Below are positions 43,804 to 54,255 of a stretch of 64,000 nucleotides of DNA, piece by piece. The DNA is from a virus. Each line of letters begins with the position of its first letter. Within the stretch, counting starts at the first letter, position 1. The stretch is taken from the IMG/VR virus record IMGVR_UViG_3300046777_001606, positions 1 to 64,000 of that record. One strand, given 5' to 3'. A program made the position numbers and the translations under genes. A model generated the notes under the pieces. The model had not been told where the DNA came from and made no database searches. It saw nothing but the letters and a program-made list of their open reading frames with translations.

Positions 43804-45357
43804 ATGGCTGCAATTATAACTGATCAACTTAGAATATTTAATGCATCGAACTTTGTTTCTGTTGCAAATTCTACCGACACTTCATTATATGCCTTTGTTG
43901 GTTTACCAAACCCAATTGATTATAAATCTGATTGGGACTTTAGTCCGCCAGTTCCAAAAGATTCCTTCGAGCAAGAAGATGATTATTGGGACACTATAAT
44001 TGCATTGAAAAGAATTACTAGCGGTGATATTCGTCAGGTTATTAGAAAAATAACTTGGACCTCTGGAGATACTTATGATATGTATCGCCATGATGTTAGT
44101 AGGACTAATACTTCTAAACCTTCTGGAAGTACAAGCTTGTATGGGGCAAATTATTATGTTCTTACTGAAGATTATAGGGTTTATATTTGTATACAAAATG
44201 GAACTGATCCAGAAAATCCAGAAGGCAGACCATCTCTTGACGAGCCGACTTTTACGGACTTAGAACCAAAATCGGCAGGTACAAGTAATGATGGATATAT
44301 TTGGAAATATCTTTTTACTGTAAAACCTGCCGATATTATTAAATACGACTCTGTTGAATTTATTCCTGTTCCATTAAACTGGGAAACAAACACTGAAAAT
44401 GCAGAAGTAAGAGATAACGCTGCAACTAGTGGTCAAATCAAAATCGCAACTATTACAAATAGAGGTGTTGCCCTCGGAGCTCCAAACCAAACATATACCA
44501 ATGTTCCAATTAAAGGAGATGGTACTGGAGCAGAATGCACTATCGTTGTAAATAATGATTCAAAAGTAGATTCAATTACCATTTCCAATGGTGGTTCTGG
44601 ATATACTCATGGTAGAATTGATTTAGTTGCTGGAGGAGTTCCAACAGGATCTACAACTCCAACTTTTGATGTTATTATTCCACCAAGAGGTGGTCATGGA
44701 GCTAACATTTATAGGGAACTTGGTGCTTATTATGTTTCGTTATATGCAAGAATTGAAAATGATAATCAAAATCCAGATTTTATAACAGGAAACCAGGTTG
44801 CTAGAATTGGTATCATTGAAAACCCATTAGCGTATTCTTCAGAAAGTGTGCTTTCTATTGAAAAGGCGAGTAATGTTTATGCTCTGAAATTGATCGGGGC
44901 AGGATATAGTTCCGCAATATTTCTTCCAGATGCAAGAATTACTCAAACAATTGGTGTTGGATCTACTGCTGTTGGAAGAGTTGTTTCTTATGACGAAAAC
45001 ACTGGAGTATTGAAATACTGGCAAGATAAAAGTCTTGTTGGATTTAATTCTGATGGATCACAAAAACAATCGCCTCCATACGGATTAAATATAAATCGTT
45101 TTACTGCAGAGCCAGATGTTGGGGGATCCGTAAATGTTCTTGGTGGAAATATAACTTTGGGTATTGATACTTCTTATACTGGTATATCTACAGTAATAAA
45201 TAATAGAACATACTACCTTGGTCAGTCATTTACAAGAGGAGTTTCTAATCCAGAAGTTAAAAAATACTCTGGAAATATAATTTACGTGGATAATAGACCT
45301 GCCATTACTAGGTCTGCAAATCAAAAAGAAGATATTAAAGTTATTTTGCAGTTCTAA
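43804..45357 (+). CDS. gp8: baseplate wedge subunit gp8
   Basis: MAAIITDQLRI...YDMYRHD...DGYIWKYLF...EDIKVILQF. Confidence 0.9.
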   Translation: MAAIITDQLRIFNASNFVSVANSTDTSLYAFVGLPNPIDYKSDWDFSPPVPKDSFEQEDDYWDTIIALKRITSGDIRQVIRKITWTSGDTYDMYRHDVSRTNTSKPSGSTSLYGANYYVLTEDYRVYICIQNGTDPENPEGRPSLDEPTFTDLEPKSAGTSNDGYIWKYLFTVKPADIIKYDSVEFIPVPLNWETNTENAEVRDNAATSGQIKIATITNRGVALGAPNQTYTNVPIKGDGTGAECTIVVNNDSKVDSITISNGGSGYTHGRIDLVAGGVPTGSTTPTFDVIIPPRGGHGANIYRELGAYYVSLYARIENDNQNPDFITGNQVARIGIIENPLAYSSESVLSIEKASNVYALKLIGAGYSSAIFLPDARITQTIGVGSTAVGRVVSYDENTGVLKYWQDKSLVGFNSDGSQKQSPPYGLNINRFTAEPDVGGSVNVLGGNITLGIDTSYTGISTVINNRTYYLGQSFTRGVSNPEVKKYSGNIIYVDNRPAITRSANQKEDIKVILQF

Positions 45358-45363
45358 AGAATC

Positions 45364-48300
45364 ATGCCCCAAAAAACAAACCTCAATGTTTCTCCATATT
45401 TTGATGATTTTGATCCGAGAGATAATTACTATAAAGTCCTTTTTAAGCCAGGATATCCTGTTCAGGCTAGAGAATTAACAACGTTACAATCAATTCTTCT
45501 CAACCAATCAGAATCCTTTGGTAAGCATATATTTAAGGAAGGATCTGTAGTAATTCCTGGACAAGTAAGATACGACAATCCAATATACGCAGTTGAAATT
45601 GAATCAGAATTTAATGGAATTCCTATTTCATTATATTTTGATGAGATGCTCAACAAAACTGTTATTGGGGCAGATAGTGGAGTTAAAGCAACTATTTTTT
45701 ATTTACTAAAGAATACCGAATCTGAAAGAGGAAATTATACAATTTATGTAAAATATATTTCTGCAGGTGGGACAGACTTTACTAATAAAAAGTTCTTTGA
45801 TAATGAAAATTTAATCTTAGATACTGATTTAACTTATAGTGGGATTACAATTCCAAGTGGACAAGAATTTGTAAAAACAATCCAAACAAATGCTACCTCC
45901 GAAGGATCTTCTGCAACTGTAGCAGATGGTGTATATTTTATCAGAGGTATTTTCGCAAACGTCAATACTCAAACTATTCTTTTAGATCAGTACGGAACTT
46001 CACCTTCATATAGAGTTGGATTTACTGTTGTTGAGTCCATAGTTACTTCAGATGATGATCCAGATTTATATGATAATGCACAAGGATTTTCAAATTTCTC
46101 TGCTCCTGGAGCAGATAGATTTAAATTAGACTTAATTTTCTCTAAAAAAGAAATCACAGATACTGATACAGATTCTTTTGTTGAAATATTAAGAGTAACA
46201 AACGGAGTACCTGAGTATTTAAATTTAAACCCACAATATAATATTCTCAGAGAAGAAATTGCAAGAAGAGTTTATGATCAATCTGGTGATTTCTTTGTAA
46301 AACCATTTACTCTTTATTTAAGAGACAGTTTAAATAATAGAACAACAACAGATGGTCTTTATTATGATGATCAGATTACGATCAATGGTAATAAACCATC
46401 TGACAATTTAATGATTTATGAAATTGGTCCAGGAAAAGCATACGTTAATGGATTTGATATTGAAACCAGATCAAAAAGATTTTTAGACGTAGAAAAACCA
46501 AGAACAACAAATACAATACAAGCAAATAATGTAACATATAATGCAGGGTTACTTTTCCCTGTAAATAATGGATATGGAGCTCCTCCCATAGGATTGGGAA
46601 CAGATGTAACATTAAGTTTGATGAATTCTAGAAAGAATTCTGATCCATCTGTTGCGGCAGGAACTACTATCGGATTAGCTCGTATATATGATTTTGTTCC
46701 CGAATCAAATTATGAAAATGCATCTAGTAGATTATCATTGAGATTATTTGATGTTCAAACTTACACTGTGATTGGTCTAACAACATCTATAACTCAATCA
46801 ACTCCAGCTGTTATAAAAGGTTCCAGAAGTAAAGCAACTGGATATTTGAGATCCAGCGTTACTGGTTCAAGTTCTTTAACTCTATATGACGTATCTGGAT
46901 CATTTATAGAAAATGAAGCGATTTCTATAAATGGCATTTCAAATGGAAGATTAATTAAAACAGTAACTGATTATGATATCTCAGATGTAAGATCTGTATA
47001 CGGAAAAGTTGGAACAACTACTTTTACTGCAGATACTATCTTAGAAAATAAGCAACTAATAGCTCCTGCAGGATCGACATTTCAAATTACCGCAAGATTT
47101 AGTGGTATAAGCACGGTATCCTGTGGATTAAACACCACTTTTATTAATAGTGTAAAAGTAAATGATATTATCACATATTCAAGTCCAAATCCAACTTCAG
47201 TACCAATTTATAATAGAGTAGCAAGTATTGGTGCTGGCGGTACATTTTTTACAATTGCTGGTCTCACCACCGTATCTGGTATTTGTGATGGAACTTTACC
47301 AGCATCTTCGGTTACAGTTTCAAATATTACAAAACTTTATGGTTCTGTTTATAATCAATCAGATGCCTCTTTATTAACTTTACTCCCACAATCAGTAATT
47401 TCTAATATTTCTTTAGAAAATAATATTTTACGCCAAAGAATTGACTTCAAAACGGTAACTATTACTGCATCTTCACTAACTATTCAAATTACTGAACCAG
47501 ATTTATATTTCGAGTCATTTGATGAAGATAGATTTGTTATTAGTTATAGTGATGGAACTATTGAACCATTAAGAAGAGATAAGTATAGTTTAGATGTCAC
47601 AGGAAAAATACTAACCTTCAATGGGTTATCTAAAACAACAGGAACAGCAAACGTAATTGCAACGGTTAAGAATTTAAAACCTAACTCCAAAAATAAAAAG
47701 TTCAATAAAGTTTCAACATTAGTCATTGATAGATCAAGATTAACATCGTCCGGTATTGGATCAACAACATTAAACGATGGATTAACCTATAGTCAAGTCT
47801 ATGGTACTAGAGTACAAGATGAAGATATTTGTCTTAACGTTCCCGATGTTGTAAGAGTTTTAGCTGTATATGAATCGGATTCCACATCAGATCCATCAAT
47901 TCCAAAATTAGAATTATCTTCATTTACAGGTCAAACAAACTCTACAGCAGATTTTAACTTAGGTGAAGAACTTTTAGGAAAAACTAGTGGATCTGTTGCT
48001 TTAGTTGTTAATAAAGTTAATGCAACTAATATAGAAGTTGTGTATTTAAATGCATTTGAATTTGTTGAGGGTGAAGAAATAGTTTCGAAAGAAACTGCTG
48101 TAACTGCAAAAATAACAACGAAATATACAGTAAGTAAAAATATAACACAAAATTATAATTTCGATAACGGGCAAAGAGCTACATTATATGATTATGGTAG
48201 AATTATTAGAAAAACTAATGTTGCTGCACCAACTAAAAAGATAGAAATAATATTCCAATACTATAGTATTGATAGCAATGATACTGGCGAATTTATAACT

Positions 48301-51300
48301 GTAAACAGTTATCCAGAAAGTTCATATAATATGGATATTCCATATTATGAAAACAATAGAGTAACTGATTATATTGATATAAGACCAAGAGTAGATGTTT
48401 ATAATCCATCAACAGCAACATTGTCTCCATTTGAATTTTCAACAAGAAGATTTGACGGAGCAGGAACATATTCAAAATATATTCTTGCACCTGATGAGAA
48501 TTTAAGTCTCAGTTATTCTTATTACCTGGGAAGAATTGATAGGTTGCTTTTGAATCCAGATGGAACATTTGAAGTTGCACAGGGAATTCCTGCAGATGAT
48601 CCAATTCCACCACTATTAAAGGCAAATACATTAGATATTGCGAAGATTAATATTCCACCATACTTGTTTAATATTAAAAACGCACAAGTAGACATGTCTG
48701 TACATAAGAGATACAGAATGTCTGATATTTCAATTCTTGAAGATAGAATTAGAAGAGTAGAAGAATATACGACGCTTTCTATGTTAGAAAGCAAAACAGA
48801 GAATTTAAAAATTAAAGATGCAGCTACGGGATTAGATAGATTTAAGTCAGGATTTTTTGTTGATAATTTTAGCACTCACGATTATCTCGATTTGAAAAAT
48901 ATCTTATTTAGATCTTCTATTGATAAGAGTACAAATACTTTAAGACCAACAAATTATACATCTTCTTTAGATTTACAACTTGGATCAGAAGCTATTCTTG
49001 GAGTAACGACTTCATTTTCGTCAACAGCTGATCATGGATTTGTTTCAGACTTGGGTTCAATTGGAGTCAAAAAAACAGGAGATCTTGTAACTCTAGCATA
49101 TACTGAAAAATTATATTTCCAACAAATATATGCAACAAGAACCGAAAATGTTACGCCTTTCTTAGTCAAATATTGGACCGGAGCCATTACATTAAATCCA
49201 CCAATGGATAACTGGGTAGATGAAGCTGCAGTTAGATCGACTAGTTTTAGAGAAGTAACAGAAATTACTCCACTTCCAGACATTAATATAACAAATGTAA
49301 ACAACATCACAGAAAATAGAGATGTATTTATCGATAATACTAATTTAACAGTTAATCCATCAGCGTCTTTTGATTGGATTGGAAATGCTAACACCTTAAT
49401 TCAACAAAGGGTAGGAAGCGGTAGAGTCTCAATTAATACGAGTGCAAGCAATATTCGCTTAGAAATTAGAGGGCGTATTAATGGAGCAGAAGCAGAATTT
49501 GTACGTAGAGTTCTTCCACCAGATGCCGCTAGAGATTTTATTAATAGATCTAGTAGCAATGGTATTGCATTTATCAATTTTAATCCAAGAAGAGGTCAAT
49601 TTACAAATATTAGAGAAACAACAAATGTATCTACATCTGTAAATACAACCTCAAATACTGTTACTACGGTTATTCCACCGGTTGTAACAACAAATGATGT
49701 CATTACGGAATCAGTATCGCATTATACTCAAATAATAAGATTTTTAAGAAGTAGAAATATTGAATTTGATGTTAAAGGATTAAAACAAAGAACGATTTTT
49801 TATCCATTCTTTGATTCAATAGACATATCAAGATATATCACACCAAAACTTCTAGAGATAAGAATGGTATCTGGTAAATTTGTTGCTGGAGAAACAGTAG
49901 AAAGTGATCCATTATTCACAAGAAGAAAAGCCAGATTTAGATTGTGTAGTCCAAATCATGAATATGGTCCATCGACAAATCCAACAAGTACTTTTGCATT
50001 AAATCCTTATGATCAACAGGTTTTCCCATCAAATTATACTGAGTCTTCAACTGTACTTAATGTAGATACCCACTCATTACAACTTCCATCAGAAACCGAA
50101 TTCTATGGATGTGTTGATGTTAATATGCCTTTGATAGGACAATCATCTGGAGCAAGAGCTGTTGTAACAAGAGTAAGACTACTTTCATCAAATAATGGAA
50201 GATTAGTCGGATCATTCTTTGTTCCTGATCCAAATTCTCCAGGTAATCCACAATTTATTAATGGGACAAATACATTTACATTAATTGACACTCCGACACT
50301 AAATCCTGCTGCTACTGCAGCTGGAACAGAAGTTGTTTCCTCTGAAAGTAGTGCTGAAGAAGACTTTACTTCTAGTGGACAACTTAATATAACTGAAACT
50401 AATGTATTAACTACAAGAAATATTAGAATTACTCCAGCTAGAAATGTTAACACAACAACGATAACAAACACTACAACAAACACTACAACAAGAACTAGAG
50501 CTGGAACACAAATATCTCCAGTATGGGAGGTTTGGGACCCGCTCGCACAATCATTCTATGTTCCCGATGAAAGTGGAATATTCTTAACTTCTGTAGAGGT
50601 TTTCTTTGAAACTAAGGATAATAATGGAATCCCCGTAACATTACAAATTAGACCAATGGTTAATGGTCTTCCAAGTGATATGGTTGTTCCATTTTCTGAA
50701 GTAACCCTGACTCCAGATCAAATAAGACTTTCTGGAAATGGAACTGTAGCTACTAAATTTACTTTCCCAAGTCCGGTATACTTATCGGGACCTCAACAAC
50801 AGGAGATAAGACAAGCTCCTATTGGTAGTCAACAATCTTCCCAATTCTGTGTAGTTTTATTATCTCTTAGTGCAGAATATAGAGTCTTTATTGCTAGACT
50901 TACAGAAAATGATATTATTAGTGGTGTTAAGATAACTAAACAACCAACTCTTGGAAGTCTGTTTAAATCGCAAAATGGATCTACGTGGTCTCCAAGTCAA
51001 CTAGAAGATTTGAAATATAATTTATACAGAGCAGAATTTGTAAATGAAGGTCTCCTCAGATTCTATAATCCAAAATTATCTGCTAAAAATAAAAAAGTTA
51101 CTGTTTTACCAGCAAATGGTGTTGTTCCATTATCCAAAAAAATTATTGTTGGATTAGGATCCACTGGATATAGTGCAACAAATATAGTTCCAGGAGTAAC
51201 TTTGATTCAGGGATCTGCAACGGGAACTTTAACTGCTATTGGCGGAAGTATTACCGCAGGAACAGGAGTAACAGTTACAAATCCAGGGACTGGATATACA

Positions 51301-53007
51301 AATGGAACTTTTACAGGTGTTACTTTAACTACAGAAACTGGTTTTGGAAAAGATGCAACAGCAGATATTGTTGTATCTTCGAATCAAATTTCTAGTGTTA
51401 CTATCATTAATGGTGGTTCTGGATATGCAATTGGAGATTCATTACTTGTTCCAGATATAGGACAAAATGTTGGTTTTGGTGGAAGAGTTGTTGTTACAGC
51501 AATTACATCCAACAATTCATTTGTAATATCAGACGTTCAAGGCAAATTTACTTCTGGAGTATCAACTACACTCAGCTACATTACTTCAACTGGAGTTACA
51601 ACATCGATTGGCGCTGGAGTTACTATTAGTAGTATAGTAGAAGATCAATATAATGATGGTCTTCATATGAAGGTTTATCAACCAAATCATGCAATGCATT
51701 CTACTCAAAATTATGTAACTATTAGTAAAGTTAGACCATCAAGTGATGCAACAAGAACAACATTAACATCTACATTAAGTGCTTCAGAGCTTACAACAAT
51801 TAATGTTGCATCTTCTTCAGGATTTGGTACTTTTGAAGGCAAACCAATTAGTGGATCAAATATTGGTTATGCAATAATTGGTGAAGAAATTATATCATAC
51901 GTTACAGTTTCTACTGGAGTAATTTCTATTCTTGCGCGAGGAATTGACGGAACCAAGTCAATTTCATATCCTTCAGGAACTCCAGTAAGAAAATATGAAT
52001 TTAATGGCGTATCACTAAGAAGAATTAATAAAAATCATACTTTAGCATTAGTAGATAATCTTACAAAACATCCAATTGATGTTAATAGTTATTTTATTAA
52101 GATTGATATGACTTCTTCTGGTGCAGATAGATCAAATGATTTATATTTCAAATCTACAGAATCTATGGGTAATCCGGGTATTAATTTATCCCAAAATCTT
52201 CAGTTCGAAGCACTGACTCCAAATATTAAGCATATTGTTGCTCCAGGAACGAATATAACCGCACGAGTTAGAACATTTTCTGGAACAAGTGTTAGTGGAG
52301 ATGAAGTTTCGTTTGTAGATCAAGGATTTGAAAATATTTCTCTAACGAATGCAAATTACTTTAAAACTCCAAGAATCGTTTGTTCTGCAATAAATGAGTC
52401 TACATTTATCAATGAAGCTCCTGGAAATAGATCTTTAACTTTAGAAACACTATTAACATCAAATGATTCTAGAGTATCTCCAGTTATTGATCTTATGGGA
52501 GCTTCGGTAATTCTAACCACTAACATTTTAAATGCTCCTGTCTCAGATTGGGCTAATGACGAGCGAGTTAGAGATCCTCTGTCTGATCCACATGCTGCTA
52601 TTTACATTTCCAAAACAGTAAAACTGTCGATTCCAGCAAATTCCCTAAAAGTCATGTTGGCGGCAAAGCGAAGATCGCATAATGATGTAAGAGTTTATTA
52701 TCAGCTCGTTAGAGATGATAGTGCAGATACCGCATCTAATTGGGAACCATTCCCTGGATATTCAAACTTTAGGGTTGATGGAATTGGAATCAAGAGAGTT
52801 ATTGATGCATCCAAAAATGATGGATCTGCAGATGTGAGGGTTTCTATTGATGATAATTCAGCAACTCAAGATTTTGAATATACTGTCGATGATCTTCCAC
52901 CATTCACAGGATTTGCAATTAAAATTATTTTATCAGGTACTAATCAAGCTGAACCCCCTATTATTTCCGATTTAAGAGCAATCGCAACGGTAAAACCAAA
53001 TTCGTAA
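45364..53007 (+). CDS. VrlC-like (DUF4815-type) large virion structural protein
   Basis: NLNVSPYFDDF...LFKPGYPVQARELT, APGADRFK, RFKSGFFVDNF, DPLAQSF motifs. Confidence 0.8.
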   Translation: MPQKTNLNVSPYFDDFDPRDNYYKVLFKPGYPVQARELTTLQSILLNQSESFGKHIFKEGSVVIPGQVRYDNPIYAVEIESEFNGIPISLYFDEMLNKTVIGADSGVKATIFYLLKNTESERGNYTIYVKYISAGGTDFTNKKFFDNENLILDTDLTYSGITIPSGQEFVKTIQTNATSEGSSATVADGVYFIRGIFANVNTQTILLDQYGTSPSYRVGFTVVESIVTSDDDPDLYDNAQGFSNFSAPGADRFKLDLIFSKKEITDTDTDSFVEILRVTNGVPEYLNLNPQYNILREEIARRVYDQSGDFFVKPFTLYLRDSLNNRTTTDGLYYDDQITINGNKPSDNLMIYEIGPGKAYVNGFDIETRSKRFLDVEKPRTTNTIQANNVTYNAGLLFPVNNGYGAPPIGLGTDVTLSLMNSRKNSDPSVAAGTTIGLARIYDFVPESNYENASSRLSLRLFDVQTYTVIGLTTSITQSTPAVIKGSRSKATGYLRSSVTGSSSLTLYDVSGSFIENEAISINGISNGRLIKTVTDYDISDVRSVYGKVGTTTFTADTILENKQLIAPAGSTFQITARFSGISTVSCGLNTTFINSVKVNDIITYSSPNPTSVPIYNRVASIGAGGTFFTIAGLTTVSGICDGTLPASSVTVSNITKLYGSVYNQSDASLLTLLPQSVISNISLENNILRQRIDFKTVTITASSLTIQITEPDLYFESFDEDRFVISYSDGTIEPLRRDKYSLDVTGKILTFNGLSKTTGTANVIATVKNLKPNSKNKKFNKVSTLVIDRSRLTSSGIGSTTLNDGLTYSQVYGTRVQDEDICLNVPDVVRVLAVYESDSTSDPSIPKLELSSFTGQTNSTADFNLGEELLGKTSGSVALVVNKVNATNIEVVYLNAFEFVEGEEIVSKETAVTAKITTKYTVSKNITQNYNFDNGQRATLYDYGRIIRKTNVAAPTKKIEIIFQYYSIDSNDTGEFITVNSYPESSYNMDIPYYENNRVTDYIDIRPRVDVYNPSTATLSPFEFSTRRFDGAGTYSKYILAPDENLSLSYSYYLGRIDRLLLNPDGTFEVAQGIPADDPIPPLLKANTLDIAKINIPPYLFNIKNAQVDMSVHKRYRMSDISILEDRIRRVEEYTTLSMLESKTENLKIKDAATGLDRFKSGFFVDNFSTHDYLDLKNILFRSSIDKSTNTLRPTNYTSSLDLQLGSEAILGVTTSFSSTADHGFVSDLGSIGVKKTGDLVTLAYTEKLYFQQIYATRTENVTPFLVKYWTGAITLNPPMDNWVDEAAVRSTSFREVTEITPLPDINITNVNNITENRDVFIDNTNLTVNPSASFDWIGNANTLIQQRVGSGRVSINTSASNIRLEIRGRINGAEAEFVRRVLPPDAARDFINRSSSNGIAFINFNPRRGQFTNIRETTNVSTSVNTTSNTVTTVIPPVVTTNDVITESVSHYTQIIRFLRSRNIEFDVKGLKQRTIFYPFFDSIDISRYITPKLLEIRMVSGKFVAGETVESDPLFTRRKARFRLCSPNHEYGPSTNPTSTFALNPYDQQVFPSNYTESSTVLNVDTHSLQLPSETEFYGCVDVNMPLIGQSSGARAVVTRVRLLSSNNGRLVGSFFVPDPNSPGNPQFINGTNTFTLIDTPTLNPAATAAGTEVVSSESSAEEDFTSSGQLNITETNVLTTRNIRITPARNVNTTTITNTTTNTTTRTRAGTQISPVWEVWDPLAQSFYVPDESGIFLTSVEVFFETKDNNGIPVTLQIRPMVNGLPSDMVVPFSEVTLTPDQIRLSGNGTVATKFTFPSPVYLSGPQQQEIRQAPIGSQQSSQFCVVLLSLSAEYRVFIARLTENDIISGVKITKQPTLGSLFKSQNGSTWSPSQLEDLKYNLYRAEFVNEGLLRFYNPKLSAKNKKVTVLPANGVVPLSKKIIVGLGSTGYSATNIVPGVTLIQGSATGTLTAIGGSITAGTGVTVTNPGTGYTNGTFTGVTLTTETGFGKDATADIVVSSNQISSVTIINGGSGYAIGDSLLVPDIGQNVGFGGRVVVTAITSNNSFVISDVQGKFTSGVSTTLSYITSTGVTTSIGAGVTISSIVEDQYNDGLHMKVYQPNHAMHSTQNYVTISKVRPSSDATRTTLTSTLSASELTTINVASSSGFGTFEGKPISGSNIGYAIIGEEIISYVTVSTGVISILARGIDGTKSISYPSGTPVRKYEFNGVSLRRINKNHTLALVDNLTKHPIDVNSYFIKIDMTSSGADRSNDLYFKSTESMGNPGINLSQNLQFEALTPNIKHIVAPGTNITARVRTFSGTSVSGDEVSFVDQGFENISLTNANYFKTPRIVCSAINESTFINEAPGNRSLTLETLLTSNDSRVSPVIDLMGASVILTTNILNAPVSDWANDERVRDPLSDPHAAIYISKTVKLSIPANSLKVMLAAKRRSHNDVRVYYQLVRDDSADTASNWEPFPGYSNFRVDGIGIKRVIDASKNDGSADVRVSIDDNSATQDFEYTVDDLPPFTGFAIKIILSGTNQAEPPIISDLRAIATVKPNS

Positions 53008-53008
53008 C

Positions 53009-53230
53009 ATGGACAATTATATAAAAGTAAAAGATAGAGAAAAACTAGCAAGAGATAGAGAATCAAATGCAATAGTTAATCTTGATTATGATGATTACGC
53101 TGCTTATGTTGAAAACTACAATAGAGTTCTTTCTGAGAAACAACGAATACAAAATTTAGAATCAAATGTTGCTAATATGCAAAATGATCTAAATGAAATA
53201 AAAGATCTTTTGAGGAGATTAACAAAATGA
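53009..53230 (+). CDS. conserved coiled-coil hypothetical protein
   Basis: LARD..SNAIVN.D...NEIKDLL. Confidence 0.75.
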   Translation: MDNYIKVKDREKLARDRESNAIVNLDYDDYAAYVENYNRVLSEKQRIQNLESNVANMQNDLNEIKDLLRRLTK

Positions 53231-53391
53231 ACCCAGATGATATAACTTTGGATAATATGACTAAATTATTTGAATATGAAAAAATTTCTAGAGAGATAGA
53301 TAGTATAGATGATATTGAAAAATTAAAAATAGTGACCAAATCATATGTTAAATTATTTTTTAAGCATCAAGAAGTAGTTGCTAACCTGTAG
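53227..53391 (+). CDS. NblA-like small protein (54 aa, not in ORF track)
   Basis: MNPDDITLDNMTKLFEYEKISREIDSIDDIEKLKIVTKSYVKLFFKHQEVVANL; two-helix NblA-like pattern; ATGA overlap. Confidence 0.5.
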   Translation: MNPDDITLDNMTKLFEYEKISREIDSIDDIEKLKIVTKSYVKLFFKHQEVVANL

Positions 53392-53396
53392 AGAAA

Positions 53397-54251
53397 ATGG
53401 CTCAACCATCCACAAGACAAGAATTAATTGATTATTGCAAAAGAAAACTGGGTTATCCAGTTTTAGAAATCAACGTTGCAGATGAGCAAATTGATGATTT
53501 AGTGGATGATGCTATACAATTTTTTCAGGAAAGGCATTTTGATGGCGTTTATCAAACATATTTTAAATATAAAATAACTCAAAATGATATTGATAGGGGG
53601 AGATCACCAGGTCCAAAAGGAGCAGAATCTCAAGTAGGAATAGCAACTACATCAGCAACTGCAAATATTGTTGGCACTGCGACAACATTTACTTACTATG
53701 AATCTAGTAATTATTTGCAAGTTCCTCCGAATGTTATTGGTGTAAATAAAATATTCCATTTTGATGGAACAAATTCCATTACACATAACATGTTTAGCGT
53801 TAAATATCAATTATTTTTAAATGATATTTATTATTGGGGAACGACTGAGTTATTAAGTTATGCGATGGTTAAAACATATCTTGAGGATATTGATTGGCTT
53901 CTAACCACCCAAAAACAAATACGTTTTAATAAAAGACAGGATAGATTGTACTTAGATATTGACTGGGGTAGTGTATCTAAGGATAATTATTTTGTAATTG
54001 ATTGCTATTCAACATTGGATCCAAACGATTATTCTAGAGTTTGGAATGATTCATTTTTAAAACCATATCTAACAGCATTGATTAAGCGCCAATGGGGGCA
54101 AAACTTGATTAAATTCCAGGGAGTAAAACTACCTGGTGGCGTAGAATTAAATGGAAGACAACTTTATGATGATGGGCAAAGAGAATTGGATATGATTTTA
54201 GAAAAGATGTCTTCGACATACGAATTACCACCATTAGATATGATCGGATAA
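53397..54251 (+). CDS. gp13: neck protein gp13
   Basis: YCKRKLGYPVLEINV...KRQWGQNLIKF.GV.LPGGVELNG. Confidence 0.92.
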   Translation: MAQPSTRQELIDYCKRKLGYPVLEINVADEQIDDLVDDAIQFFQERHFDGVYQTYFKYKITQNDIDRGRSPGPKGAESQVGIATTSATANIVGTATTFTYYESSNYLQVPPNVIGVNKIFHFDGTNSITHNMFSVKYQLFLNDIYYWGTTELLSYAMVKTYLEDIDWLLTTQKQIRFNKRQDRLYLDIDWGSVSKDNYFVIDCYSTLDPNDYSRVWNDSFLKPYLTALIKRQWGQNLIKFQGVKLPGGVELNGRQLYDDGQRELDMILEKMSSTYELPPLDMIG

Positions 54252-54255
54252 TAAA

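Noticed and set aside
29282-53007. Introns or inteins in the giant structural genes
   Set aside because: Frames are continuous, and no intein splice or LAGLIDADG/HNH motifs were recognised by eye.
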